This document shows positions 40,975-53,768 of a stretch of DNA of 64,000 nt, one piece after another. Each line of letters begins with the position of its first letter. The first letter of the stretch is position 1. Origin of the DNA: Eledone cirrhosa (lineage: Eukaryota); contig OZ024740.1 in NCBI GenBank assembly GCA_964016885.1, forward strand, positions 169,942,001 through 170,006,000, read 5' to 3'. The translations under genes were made by a program, and so were the position numbers. A model generated the notes under the pieces. The model was not told the origin of the DNA. It was given only the letters and a program-made list of their open reading frames with translations, and ran no database searches.

Positions 40975-41240
40975 AAGAAGAAATTAAAAGATGGTTAAAA
41001 GAGTTCCATATATTCTATTATGCGCATTTTGAATACAAAATCATCCTGGGACAAAAATTGTGTTCTCATCAGCTAAAATAAGGTAACATGATATGAGGCA
41101 TAATAGCACTTGTTTACAGGAAAGTGCTAAGTCTACATATGCTACTATAGTATTATATGTAGACTTACCACTTTCCTGTAAACAAGTGCTATTAGGCTTC
41201 ATATCATGTTACCTTATTTTATCTGATGAGAACACAAATA
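40971..41240 (-). mobile_element. Family J HHR element with fold-back (HHR 41011-41080 minus, GAAA changed to AAAA)
   Basis: 41058-41140 mirrors 41155-41238; homologous to 46312-46575. Confidence 0.75.
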
Positions 41241-41362
41241 TATACTCCAGTTCTACCAACTGTTGAGTGCTACTTATCTGATATATGCGTTTTATTGTTC
41301 TACAAAATTACTCATCTTCTACATATATATATATATATAACGAAGGAAATGTGGTAAGGAAC

Positions 41363-41845
41363 CGCGACATCACGGTTCATTTTTTGCGGTCCCGCTACAT
41401 CGCGGTTTTTTCTTTGGAACGTATCTAATTTCCTATCGCGATAATACCCACTACATCGCGGATTTTTCGTTAGAACATATCTATTTTCTTATCATGGTAC
41501 GTACATCTGAATAAAAAGTGTTTAAAATTTTAATTTGTTAAATAAGTTTCCATGTGATTGAAGTATATAGCGTAAGGAAGGGGCATTTTCTTTATTTTTC
41601 ATTCCATTACTGTTTTACTGATTGTGTTTTTTCTCTAATCTACTACAAACGCTTCATAGATTGACTGGAGATTTGGAGTGTATTACCAAGCGGCTACCGT
41701 GGCTGGTAATGGTCGTCATTGGTAACTAGTGGTATGATCGTTACTGGCTGCTTTTGGTGTTTAAATATAAACTGTGTTTTAATGTGTTTATATGCACTTA
41801 AATCATGTAGGAGATGTATTTTAAGGTTTAAACTATGAAACCGAC
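41363..41845. mobile_element. pogo/Tigger-like MITE fragment
   Basis: Iterated ctacatcgcgg subterminal motifs resemble pogo-type MITE ends; no full TIR pair seen. Confidence 0.4.
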
Positions 41846-42033
41846 GGTTATAACCACCATTGTTGCTATTAGAAAGGCTCACACGTTTTCAACCCAGAAG
41901 GTATGCATTACGGCGTATATTGCCTATACTTTAATTGAACTTTTATCCAGGATTAACCTCTGCTTTAAATGAACTTTTATCCTGATTGGCTGGTTAGACC
42001 AACCTTCATTGGCATCAGCATTAACAATTATAT

Positions 42034-42132
42034 CTTCTCTGAGGATTCTATACCAATAGCATTAGCAGCTAAATTTACACGAGCGTACATACTGTAACTC
42101 GCTGTGGTGTAGTTGAAACGTAATGTAAGAAG
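42034..42132 (+). ncRNA. Type I hammerhead with extended stem II
   Basis: cttct-CTGAGGA-ttctatacca..tggtgtagtt-GAAA-cgtaatg-TA-agaag. Confidence 0.75.
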
Positions 42133-42338
42133 TAAAATTTGGTTTTAAAGGTATTGCTCATCCTCGATTTATTTATTTTGTTTATACTTGCTCTGCTTGC
42201 CTTATTCATTAAATATTAACCCTCTTTAATATTTAATACACCTACCCTAAGCATCGAACTCACCTCGCTTCGGCTATCGGCATTTAGCATAAAGTATCAT
42301 ACTTCTTTCTCTCTCCTCTCTTATGATGCATATCTCCT

Positions 42339-42380
<42 letters not shown>

Positions 42381-42439
42381 TGAAACAGAAAACAGAAAAC
42401 AACAACGAGGAAGCCAAGAGGTGGTACAAAATGTTAATA

Positions 42440-42476
<37 letters not shown>

Positions 42477-45400
42477 AGATTCAGGGCTCCGACGGCTGAA
42501 CACCAGCCATTTCGAGAGAGATAGGTCCGAACTCTTTCATATTACCCACTCTACAACCCTAAGTATCGACTATTCTGGTGCGTTATAGTCCACCTGGTAA
42601 TTTAAGTCGGCACACATCTCCTCCTAAACCGTACGTTCAAATTTCGGTCAAATTGCTACACTTATAGATGAAGGTCCGGCGGAGACATCGGTCAAAAAAA
42701 TGTTCAAATCGACCCACGCCAAGTGCAAAGATCGAATTTATAATGTATTGATTTTTCAGTTCAAATGTACAAATAGAGATGAGAGACGAGTTATTTCCCT
42801 TTTATGGCGTCATTCTGTCTATCTATTTACGTTACGAATAAACGACGCGTGCAAAAGTACAAAAATACGCGAACAGTTTTCGGACCAGCAAAATTTTAAC
42901 CTGGAAAATTCATGAGTGCGAAGTTTAAGCTTTCATTAAGCTTCCATTTTGCTTCATTTCCATTAAAAAGTATTTTAAAACAATATTTTTACTTGAATAC
43001 ACCGTAAGAACATACTCACTCCGTAGTTTTGAAAATCTTTCGCTAGATATTTCGTTCCATAGAGGAGTTGAAAGTTTGTACATAAAAGATAACTTTAGGC
43101 GTTTCATGGTATGGAGACGGACACAGAGAATCGCGATGATTTGAAACTGAGAGGCGTGGAGAATATACATCTTTTTTTAGGGAGCAAAATATAGCATTTG
43201 CAAATAAAGAAGAACAAATGCTGTTGTCGTTATATTTAGAATGAACACAATGAAAATGTCTGTTTCCGCCTATAGAGTGAGGGTGAAAAAAATCTTGCCG
43301 ATCAGGTGTATTACGCCTTCTCTTTGAATGTGTTAGTAACTAAGGGAGTGCCCTCTCCCATGGAAAAGTGTGTCTGACTATTCATCCTCTTGCCTTTATA
43401 TCTATGTATACATGTACTCATGAATATGTATAAATATATAGTTATTTATTATGTATGTCTATTTCTTTGTATATCTATATGTGTGTCTTTATTTATCGAT
43501 GTGTCTATCCACATATTTGTCTACTTGGTCATAATATACATACGTACACTACAATTAGTCGTAACGAATTGAGTACTTGATGAAATGAGTAGTGTGTGGA
43601 TATGATTGACTACACCAAAGCTGTACACCACAGACTCTGGTCTAATGACTGAAATCAGTAAAAAAGAAATAGAATATTGTTCAGTTGGTTTTCCATTAGG
43701 TTAGATCGATAGGGCACAAAATTTGCTGGGGATGGGGGCATTGACATAGATTGTATCGGCTTGTTGTGTAGATGCTTTACCAGAAGTTAGGATAGGCAAG
43801 CTATTTTTAGTACTATCCCTATTTTTCAAAACGAATTGATGTGTTTCTGAGCGACAGAACTTTTACTTTGAATTTTGTGAACTTTACATTTTGCCAAATG
43901 TGGCTACCAGATAAAACGCATTTATTGTCATACACAGACCTAATCAAAATACATCAAGATTGTAACGGGAGAATAAGAGGCAGATATGTGATATTTTAAG
44001 AAGTTAGTGTAAACAAATACCATACACCTCACACAAAGAACATCTGCTGCAGAGTAAGGAGTAGATCTAGGTCCATGTAATATTTCGTAGCAGAAATACA
44101 TGAGTTCTAATTGCCAACGTGATTTTTTTTCTTATTCTGTGTTTTATATCAAACATATAACCTATGAGTTTCTTATCCTTTACTCAAGTAAATTATCAAA
44201 TTTAGAGAAAGTGACACCGCGTTTTGACTGCCTTAACTATCCAGTAAGCCCCTTTCCTTACCGCACAATACTTTTGCACGAAGAATTTTGTGACCGAAAA
44301 GAGAATACTGCAGATCAACTTTGAATAAATGTAGCTCCAAAGGCAGCAGCAAAGGCATTCATTTCGACAATAAACGGCATATTTCCCTCTACTTTAGCCT
44401 GTAATAGCTTCTCTTTAGTCCTTGATTGTCGTTACATCTTCTTACGAGAGCGGAAATTGGGCATTTTTGCAGGTCTTGTTCTTTCAAAGAGCGAAGAATC
44501 GATCGGGAATAATAGTCGAACCGACCCGTGATACGAGATAAGGATTGTTTATTAGTACGCACAGGACTTTTCTTAAGTGAAAATAAAAACTGAGATGTTA
44601 GGATGCAATTCACTCTGGGTAATTTTATAACCTAAGATGTAAATTGCTTCAGTTGAAAATGTACATTAATTGTTACTCAATGTTACATTAGATTTACGAG
44701 AAAGTTTTAAGAATTTAGAACTATTTTGCTATATGCTGCTTTGATATTAACATGGATGCGATCGTGCCTTCTAACTCGTTTCTGCGGATGATAATTCGTT
44801 AGAAAAATAATACAGCGTTTGAAAAACGATAGTAAGACCTGAAACAATGTTTCTTTATGGGAGAAGAAAGAAAAATATTTTTATTAGAACACTTTACAAT
44901 TGGCATAAATATTATGCATAATAATGAGGAAAATGATAGAGTAAAGGGAAGAAAAAGAAAAATAAGAAATTAAGTAATGAAAAAAAGGGAAAGTGGGGAT
45001 GAAACAGCAGACTGGATACACCCTCACGAGTGACACACTTCAGCTGCGCCACACGGACAATATAGTGAAAGCATTGCCAAGGAGAATAATCAGATCCCAC
45101 CTTACATCACAGGGATCCTTCTTCAGGTCGGCTGCAGTCTTCCTGAGTTTGCGGAGGAAAAGAGCAGTTCAGGGACAGAGAGTACTTGTGACCTCGACGA
45201 TGATCGGCACAAAAAGGGGTGATCGGTAAAGCCTCGGCATTTGATTATTTTTCTCTGATCTGTATTGCTGTCTGATACGAGTTTACGACCGATGCGGCGA
45301 GGTAGAATGCGAAGAATGAGTCTCAGTACGTGGCGTCCCAGATTAGGAATTTACATCCCTCGAAACCGTTATCCCGGTCGAAATCCTTTCTGATTATGTC

Positions 45401-45964
45401 ATTCAGAGCGAATCCGATTATTTCAACGTACCAGATTTTCTAATTGCAGGTTTAATGTTTAGCGATAGATTAAAGAAAAATCCGTGTGGGTCAATGTTTA
45501 GTGTGCCCAGAAAGAAACTGCCAAACTCTGAGAGAAGAACATTGTATTCAGCATTTAATATTTTGCTGTTAAAAATAACAAATCACACACAAAAAAGCCC
45601 ACACAAAGGAATACTTAGAATCACCTCTCAGCAGCTGTCAGATAGTACGAGGAAACGTAATGAGAACATGTTTGCCATAGTAACAGGAAGTTTTTGTAGA
45701 TTAAGACCTGGTGAGAAAGATGAATGACGGGGATATTGAAATATACAGGATCATATGCACCACTTTGGGGGAAGGAGTTCGTATATAATATATCACCAGG
45801 ATAGAAGAATTTGTTTATATATGTGGGATTTGTAATTCCTGGAAAAGTGGCAGGTGTAGATATGTGCTAGCATAGTCAAGTTTAAATTGAATTTTACAAA
45901 TATTGACATAGGTACCTAAGTATATAGAAATCGAGAGGTGATATAGTGACGCAAGTACCCAAAG

Positions 45965-46015
<51 letters not shown>

Positions 46016-46042
46016 GTTACCTCCGATTCAACCCGGAATAAC

Positions 46043-46183
<141 letters not shown>

Positions 46184-46311
46184 TGTGTGCGTGTTGTAAT
46201 TATATATATATATATATATGTATATGTAGGAGGTGAGTTTTATTGTAGCTCAATAAAGCAATGCAGATATCGGATAAGTAGCACTCTACAGTTTGTAGGA
46301 CTGGAGTATAA

Positions 46312-46575
46312 ATAATATAAGATCAAAAGATGGTTAAAAGAGTTCCAAGTATTTTATTATGCGCATTTCAAAAACAAATATCATCATGGGATGATATCTG
46401 CGTTCATATGTTGAGTTAAAACTTCACTATTCACAAGTGTTTTTTAAGCTTCATATCATGTCTCCCTATTTTATCTGATGAGAACGAAGATATCATCCCA
46501 TGATGATATTTGTTTTTGAAATGCGCATAATAAAATACTTAGAACACTTTTAACCATCGTTTGATCTTATATTAT
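46312..46575 (+). mobile_element. Family J HHR element with inverted 5' arm
   Basis: 46313-46405 is the reverse complement of 46482-46574. Confidence 0.8.
46467..46537 (+). ncRNA. Type I hammerhead ribozyme (canonical core)
   Basis: tattttat-CTGATGA-gaac gaa gatatcatc ccat gatgatatt tgttttt-GAAA-tgcgca-TA-ataaaata. Perfect 8-bp stem I and palindromic tgcgca. Confidence 0.88.
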
Positions 46576-46937
46576 ATATGTATAAATATATAATTACAAC
46601 AGTGGGTTCTGGAACACAACTCATTCAGCCTGTCATAAGAAAAATACAATATACATATATATATATATATATATCATAAATCATGTCCTTCGAATTATTA
46701 GATAAAATATATACCATTTCCTCTCCCAATCAGCATAATTCACCATATAAAAAATTAATTAGACCAGGCTATAAGAATAAAGGCTCCTATGAAGAAATAT
46801 TTGACAAATACCCGAAAGCGGCCTCTTTGCGGTGACCAACACATCAACAGCATGTAGAAACCGACTAAATATACCGTCAACCATACACAATTAGGTGTAA
46901 ATTTAAACTTAGAAGAAACGTGTACATACCGTAATTA

Positions 46938-47019
46938 CATCTCTACCATGGTTTCGTTCGTATTTTGAGATATCCTATTATTAAGGACGATTCTAGAGTA
47001 ACGAACTCATCAGGAGACA
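46938..47019 (-). ncRNA. Type I hammerhead ribozyme (canonical)
   Basis: Minus strand: tgtctc-CTGATGA-gttcgt..acgaac-GAAA-ccatgg-TA-gagatg. Confidence 0.9.
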
Positions 47020-47304
47020 GACTCAATCGGACAGTTAATTTTCCAAAGTGATCGCGCCAGAAATAGATTTAAAAAATGGCTAAGAATCGTGACGTGGCAG
47101 TGGTCAAGTTAGAAAGAATGTGATTAGTTGCTTACGGCGAGTAGGCTGGTTGCTATAAAGCGCAGCCCAATATCGCCCAATTGCATCTCAAACCAACGGG
47201 AAATTATTAAATATAAAGATTTACATATACATAAAGTCACAGATATATATGTGGCAACCGGTCACGATGTGGCTCAATGAAGAATTATAAATTAAATAAT
47301 TGTT

Positions 47305-47435
47305 TCTACGTTTAGCACAAGGCCAGAAATTACCCAGAGCATTACTGGTACTTTATTTTATCGACCCCGTAAGGATGAAAGGCAAAGTTTTACCTCGGTG
47401 GGATTTGAACTCAGAATGGCAAGGGCCGTAAATCA
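47305..47435 (-). mobile_element. SINE (same family as 430-555)
   Basis: gcacaaggccag...tactggtactttattttatcgaccccgtaaggatgaaaggcaaag...ggatttgaactcagaa (B-box-like). Confidence 0.75.
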
Positions 47436-47492
47436 GAGCAATATATCATAAATCATGTCCTTATGTATAAATCATGACTTTATGTATATGTA

Positions 47493-47552
<60 letters not shown>

Positions 47553-47556
<4 letters not shown>

Positions 47557-48083
47557 AGATAAGCGGAGCAAGTAAGATACAAACAATGTCTTCAAATAAA
47601 TTAAAAAATACAATTTAAACATTCACATATATATTTCTAGAGGTATTTAGTACCTGTGGGTATATTAATCTCCTTTGATATTTTCTCCGTTGTTTTATTT
47701 AGCTGCTAATTTTAGTGGCGTGATAGACAACACATCTATGTTTACTTCCGCTTATACTACGGACTGGTTCATGCACAGGTCAAGTTTACGGCCTCATTCG
47801 ATCCTGTGCTAGCTGGCAGATGGCAACATATTTTGCCGTTCCTGGGACTTTTGTCCTAGGTAGGAAAAATGCTCTCTGATGATCCGAACATTTCCATTGG
47901 AAGTCCCTAGGATCTCCAATCTTTTTTAATTTATTTAAAATTGTTTGAATCTTACTTGCTCCGCTTATCTCAATTTTATTGTTCTGGTATGTCAAATTAA
48001 TACCATGGAACAACCACTGTATCATAGACACCCTATATATTTCCAGAGGTACTTAGTACCTTAGGGGATATTAATTTTCTTTT
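47553..48083 (+). mobile_element. Family H: ~406-nt unit, >1-mer, with inverted 5' arm and 5' half of a hammerhead
   Basis: Direct repeats at 47627-47680 / 48034-48083 and inverted repeats at 47553-47608 / 47922-47974. CTGATGA-tcc..gga at 47876, with the GAAA half missing. Confidence 0.6.
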
Positions 48084-48102
48084 ATACACACATATATATA
48101 TG

Positions 48103-48228
<126 letters not shown>

Positions 48229-49554
48229 TGTGTGTGTGTGTATTTGCGAGTGTTGAATACATTTTATCATTTAAACTTTTGTAATATTGTTTATAAAATT
48301 GTGCTTATTATTCAGCCACAGATAAATTTCAGCCAAAAATATGAACTGGTTTTGGTACATGTTCCAAGCCAATTTTGGCAATTATTACCATTAGGAATAG
48401 CTTGGGAAAAACTTATCATTTGTCACATTCTATAAATATGCAACGTAGTTTGAATATAACAGCATTCCGTTTCTCACCATAAACGTGAAACCATAAAGCA
48501 ATTCAAATTTATGTCCTTATTTTCCCTGGCTACATACCCTGTTCGCTATTAGCATTTATGGTTATATCTCCTCTCTAACTGAAAACACGATTCCTGTTTA
48601 TATCCTATTAGAGCATTGTGATATGTTTATAGCGCTCGGGTTTGTTCACAATGTTATATTTAGACTTCTATGATGTATAGTTTCTTCCTAGATAGATCTA
48701 TCTGCTATGTAATAAAAGTTCAGAAAGAAGCAACTAAATTATTTAAAATTACGGCATGTATTTTCGCCATTTCATATTTCCATATTTTCGGAACAATAGG
48801 TTATAATATAAAAGAGAAAGGTTGAAACCATATCTAAGGGTACGAATATGTTATAATTAGATGTCATAAAAGTGTCTGCCATTCAGTTCAGAAAATAATA
48901 CATCTAACGAAATGTTTCTTTCGGAAGACTCGAAATTCTTGTATTTTCTGATTGTATGTATTGTCGTTTATTTTCTCTCTAGTGACACGTGTTTTCAGCA
49001 ACACAAAAGTGAATGTTATAAACTTCTGTTATACTAGAGTTATTTATATTTTCTATAAGAGTGCAGACCGACAGAAAGAACAATTGCAACATGCCTGACC
49101 ATGAAAGTAACAGTAAACAGAATAAACTATAATTAATCTAAAGAAAGATTTATAGTTTGTAGATAGATACATTATTCAATTTCCTACATAGAATTTCCCA
49201 TATGTAAGCATTAGAACTCTCAGTACGTATTCTACTTTAACCGTATGATTCTTCTTACTTGAAGAATAAGTAGATGTTACCTAGGAAATGTCTTTGATGG
49301 GATTGGCTACGGAATTTCTCATTCACACATTTGAGTGTTACGCATTCAAAAAAAATTTATTTTTTGTTATTATGTCATCGGAAATTATTAATAAGAAGGA
49401 AAACTGGATTCATTCTCAATTTTTCAGTAACTTTGTCTCCCAAATACACAGTCTTTTAATTGATCTCATACTTAGCTATCGTTCCTCTTTCAAAAAGATA
49501 CCAAATTCCCATCTCTATATTTTTCCATCCGCATTTTTTCAATTGAGCTGAAAA

Positions 49555-49690
49555 CATGGTTGTGTGGTTAAGAGGCTCACGTTGCAATTAATTGTTTCGG
49601 GGGTCGATCACACTACGCAGCAGCATAAGCGGGTATTTTATCCCATAACATCGAGTTGACCAAATCCTTGCTAGAGTAAACTGTATAAAG
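49555..49690 (+). mobile_element. Decayed tRNA-derived SINE
   Basis: A-box-like tggttgtgtggttaag and B-box-like gggtcgatcac. Confidence 0.45.
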
Positions 49691-50989
49691 GCTCGTAGAA
49701 TAAGGTGTTCATATTTTTCGCTGATAATCTGTCACCCCGTTTAATACCACAACCTAGCTTTGAATAACTTTAGCATTCAAGCCAGGTCTTCGCTCTAAAG
49801 ATAAATTCCCCCCTTTCTCCCACTTATCTCAGAAACTTACAAACACTTGTTTGCCACGTCCTTCCTGCTTTGACTGCACGATGAAATATTTTAAAATAAA
49901 CACACACATCAAATATCCTACTATGTTTTAAATAGACTTTATTTTAATGGTACTACAAAAGTACATGCACGTACACACGCTCTAACTCTTTTTATGTGCC
50001 CTTGTTGAGTATGGTGGTAAAAAAGTAGTAAATCGATTCGCTGCTTGAAATTTAATCCAATTTTTATGAGAAAAGTTTGTAACTGTGGATATAATCGATT
50101 TGTTGTATTTTTAAGATCATAATCAACAACAGCACGTCGCAGGCCTTCAAATTAGTTGGAAATATTTTTGGCAAAAAAGCAATAATTTCACAACACCTTT
50201 TCTAGGTATTCCCACCAACATTTCACCAGCTTTCTCTATTCATCAGGACGAAACATCTAAAACCTGGAATAAATTTTAAGATTGCTAAGTTATAAATTTT
50301 TTACTAATATGTACATAATAATTCACCTTCATTCCCAACCACATTACCATAGGACCGTGTCCGTGCCACAAAAAGCAGCAAAATCAATATTCCAATCTTG
50401 TCAGATATTTCAGATAGGAAAGAATAGAGGACAAACATTAATGCTTAATGCATGAGGAAAACTTTAGAGGTCCATCAAAGCTGCTAGACCTTACAGGGCT
50501 AACTATTTATTAGACCATTAAAGCAAAGACTCTGGTGGTCTAGTTGAAAACATATCGTAACATTTCGGCCAGATACACGATCCAGAGAAAAATACTAGCC
50601 AATATACATTTCTCTCCCCAGGAACTGGATTCTTCTATTTAATTCTCCCAGTAGAGTAGTATAGTCCTTCTTTCAACGTGTTAAATCTATATTAATTCTT
50701 ATGAAATATATAAATAAATAATTGTGTGGAAATTGTGTGGAAAGGGCAAAAAGAAGTTTATCCGTAAAAGTTGCGGCAAGCGCGCACATCACCTCTGTTA
50801 TTTTATCTTGTAACAGATTTCATCTGACCAGATGGGAACGGTTGGTGCTTCGCTTAAGAAAGGATGAAATAACATAAGAGAAAAATAAATTCAAAACGGA
50901 CATGATTTGTTTCTTAAATGGATTTTCAAACACCATCGGCATAGAAAGAAGAGATCATGTATTATAGAGTAAATGAAGACAGTGGATGG

Positions 50990-51175
50990 ATGTATCAGCA
51001 GTACTTTGCGGCATTTAGTTACAGCAATTTACGTTCTGAGTTCATATCCCGTCGGGGTCAGCTTTGGTTTTCATACATACGGCGTCGATATAATTAAGCA
51101 CCAGTCAATCACTGAGCTCGATATAACCAACCCTTCCTCCAAATTAATCCCTAAATTAGAAATCATTATAGACAA
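50990..51175 (+). mobile_element. SINE (plus-strand, diverged)
   Basis: ttacgttctgagttcatatcccgtcggggtcagctttggttttcat...aagcaccagtc. Confidence 0.6.
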
Positions 51176-51799
51176 TAGAATCGCATTTGTATTAGCCTTG
51201 CTTTAATTTGTTGAAATCTATAAAAAAAATTTATTAGAAGTGTATTTATAGAATAACTAGCTGAGCTACCCAGTGATTCCCGGGTATTTTATTAAAGTTA
51301 CAATAGTTGACCATTGAAATATGATTGCTAAATTCTAACTAAAATAGGAATTATAGCAGAATATTTATTGCCGGTTGTTTAAAGCAAATCATGTAGATAA
51401 AAATATTATTAAGTTTGTCCAGTGGCGATTTTTTAAATACTGCTCCCTATTACAGTCAGCATACATAATGCTTCGCACTTCGAACAATCATTAGGTATGT
51501 TGTCAGTGAAAAGGGCATGACCAAAAAAATAAATTTAGATTTTATTTATCCTTTTTTTTTATTTCAGAATTAGAATCTCTGAAATTTAAACAAAATGTGA
51601 AGGCTATTTTAAAAAGCATAAATAAAATATAATAAAAAAATAAATTTACCATTGGTTTATGAATGAATGAAGAATTTACTTACTCATTTCTGTAATTCAG
51701 GAAAGTGTATTTAAATGTGTGTAAGTGTGTTAAATATCTACATATACACCAGGAACCAAACTCCCACTGTCACTGCCTCCATCTCTCCCGATTTCTCCA

Positions 51800-52085
51800 T
51801 CACTCACTATTATGAGCAAATGGGGGCCCACGCGTTGGCCGCCCAGCAGCCCCAGCGGTCGGAATAGAGGATAGTGAGGAAAACGCGCTGACAAATCCAT
51901 TCCGGCTTGCGAGGCTCACGCCTGCCGGTGGCCAACTCTGTGACGATGGTGGTGAGTTGGGAGGTAGCCCTAGAGCCAACGACACCAGAAGTCTCCATTG
52001 CTATGGGCTCAACGACAAACTTGACGGAGAGCGACCGATATTTGGAGAGTTTACCCTCCTTGGCCCAAAGTGCGGCAGAGCCTGG
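51800..52085 (-). pseudogene. CRE-like (RLE endonuclease) non-LTR retrotransposon C-terminal fragment
   Basis: KLSKYRSL...EPIAMETSGVVG...EPRKPEWICQRVFLTI. Confidence 0.6.
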
Positions 52086-52669
52086 GTTAATTAAAATTTT
52101 GACACTAGCTTTTACCAACTTTTACCTCTATGGCAGTAGGATCTTGTTTGAGGGAGATTTGTTTTCTATTTCTTTTAGGTACACCAACAGTTATAGGGGC
52201 TTCCATTACATACACACGCATGCATGCCTGTTAGTGTGTGTGGGGGGGGGGGGTATGTGTGTGTGTATGTGTGTGTGTGTGTATGTGTGTGTGTGTGTAT
52301 GTGTGTGTGTGTGTATGTGTGTAAGACTGTTCGCTGTGATTTGAAATGGATTTTGCTAATATTTTTAGTAGATCGAGGTGTTACATGCAACCTTTCCTTT
52401 TTGCTTCATACGTATATATAGATATATGAAACAGTAGACTGGGATTTGAAGGAAATCTGGCTGCTATTTCTAACAGGTCGAGCTTGCTACCATAAAAATA
52501 TCTCACTTATACTACTGTACATAGCAGAGGTACCCAGGAATGTCTGTATGTTCTTCCAATGTAACACTATGCAGTAAAGTTGCAAGTTCAGAATTCCTTA
52601 CAAACTACATGACTAAGGAATTAGTATCTATTGTCATTGAAGAAGGAATTACAATATTATTCATTCTAA

Positions 52670-53370
52670 AGCCTCTGGATAAACAATATTCTTGGTTTTG
52701 CCCTATGGTACTACAATGATGAAACAATCAGGGTGTCCAACTCTTGTGCCAACTTAGAGTTGACCATGTGAAAAGACAGGATCTACCAGGTTCAACCCAA
52801 CAACTTTCAATGATTGCCTTTGAGATTTATTGATGGTCATGTCAAAACTGAGTCTGATAAGAAATTGAAGTCTTTGAAATTCAAATAACAAATCAGTTGT
52901 CTTCATAGGTATTCTGGGAATGAAATAATTGTCACCAGCAAATTTCCTTGACATGGTTGCAAAGTAGCATGTGGTGCTTGTGTCAACTGATGCGCAGTGA
53001 TCTCAGTGAAATACACTCTCTGTTTACTTTCTAGATGGACTGCGAGGTTGACCACTATTGGATGGATTTGGTGAATATCAAACCCAAATATCCGCCAGAT
53101 AGATTCATTGCTGAAGATGTATCAATCTGCCTGATGCTGTTTAACCTCAACCATCCCACCATCATTCAGGTCCTTGTCAGTAACAAAGGTAGACATGTCA
53201 CTTCCCTTGTTGACATATGTTGTAATATATAGTATTGCTTTGACAGAGCTACAATACTCAACACTGATATGAGCTCTTAGAAGTTGACACATGATTTTGT
53301 TTTGTGGGACTACCCATCGATTTTCTAGGGTCAACTCTAAGTCAAATAACATTGGAAAAATAATGCACAA
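52670..53370 (-). pseudogene. Helitron Rep-helicase remnants (Rep-proximal segment joined to PIF1 helicase C-terminus)
   Basis: ENRWVVP...AHISVEYCSSVKAILYITTYVNKGSD; IPRIP...RLQFLIRLSFDMTINKSQRQSL...VFSHGQL*V...TKNIVYPEAL. Confidence 0.88.
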
Positions 53371-53397
53371 ATTTATCCGACAATATGATTTTTCCAG

Positions 53398-53768
53398 GTA
53401 TTGTTATATTTGGGTAGGGTCATGTTGTCCTAATATTGCCAAAATAATAATTTAGGTGGTAATCAATGATTATCATTGATTGACTAACCATTAAACTTAT
53501 AAATGTAAATATAATTTCTCAAAGTTACTTCGTCACACACATTTTTTCTGTGACATCTTAAGTGATTTCATCCCATTGTGTTTCTATAAAGTTTTTTTTT
53601 TTGTTTCGGGTGCCAGCTAAATTATTTATAAAAATATATACTCAACTCAAGTGAAAACCAAACCAAACAGTGGGTGTGTTTTATTATTATTTTGGACAAC
53701 TTGACCCTCCCCAAATATAACAATATGTGTTTCAACACATGCTTTCATATCAAAACCCTTTCAAAACA
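53398..53768. repeat. PLE-2 family pLTR fragments (inverted 53398-53450; sense 53654-53768)
   Basis: aaacagtgggtgtgtt...tgaccctccccaaatataacaatatgtgtttcaacaca matches 60960-61082. Confidence 0.7.

Larger units (their letters stand above)
46673..47462 (-). mobile_element. Family K HHR element (tail copies at 57540-57908 and 57985-58200)
   Basis: The tail ctcccaatcagcataat...gaccaggctataagaataaa is shared. An 18-nt direct repeat atcataaatcatgtcctt occurs at both ends, with a SINE inside. Confidence 0.65.
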
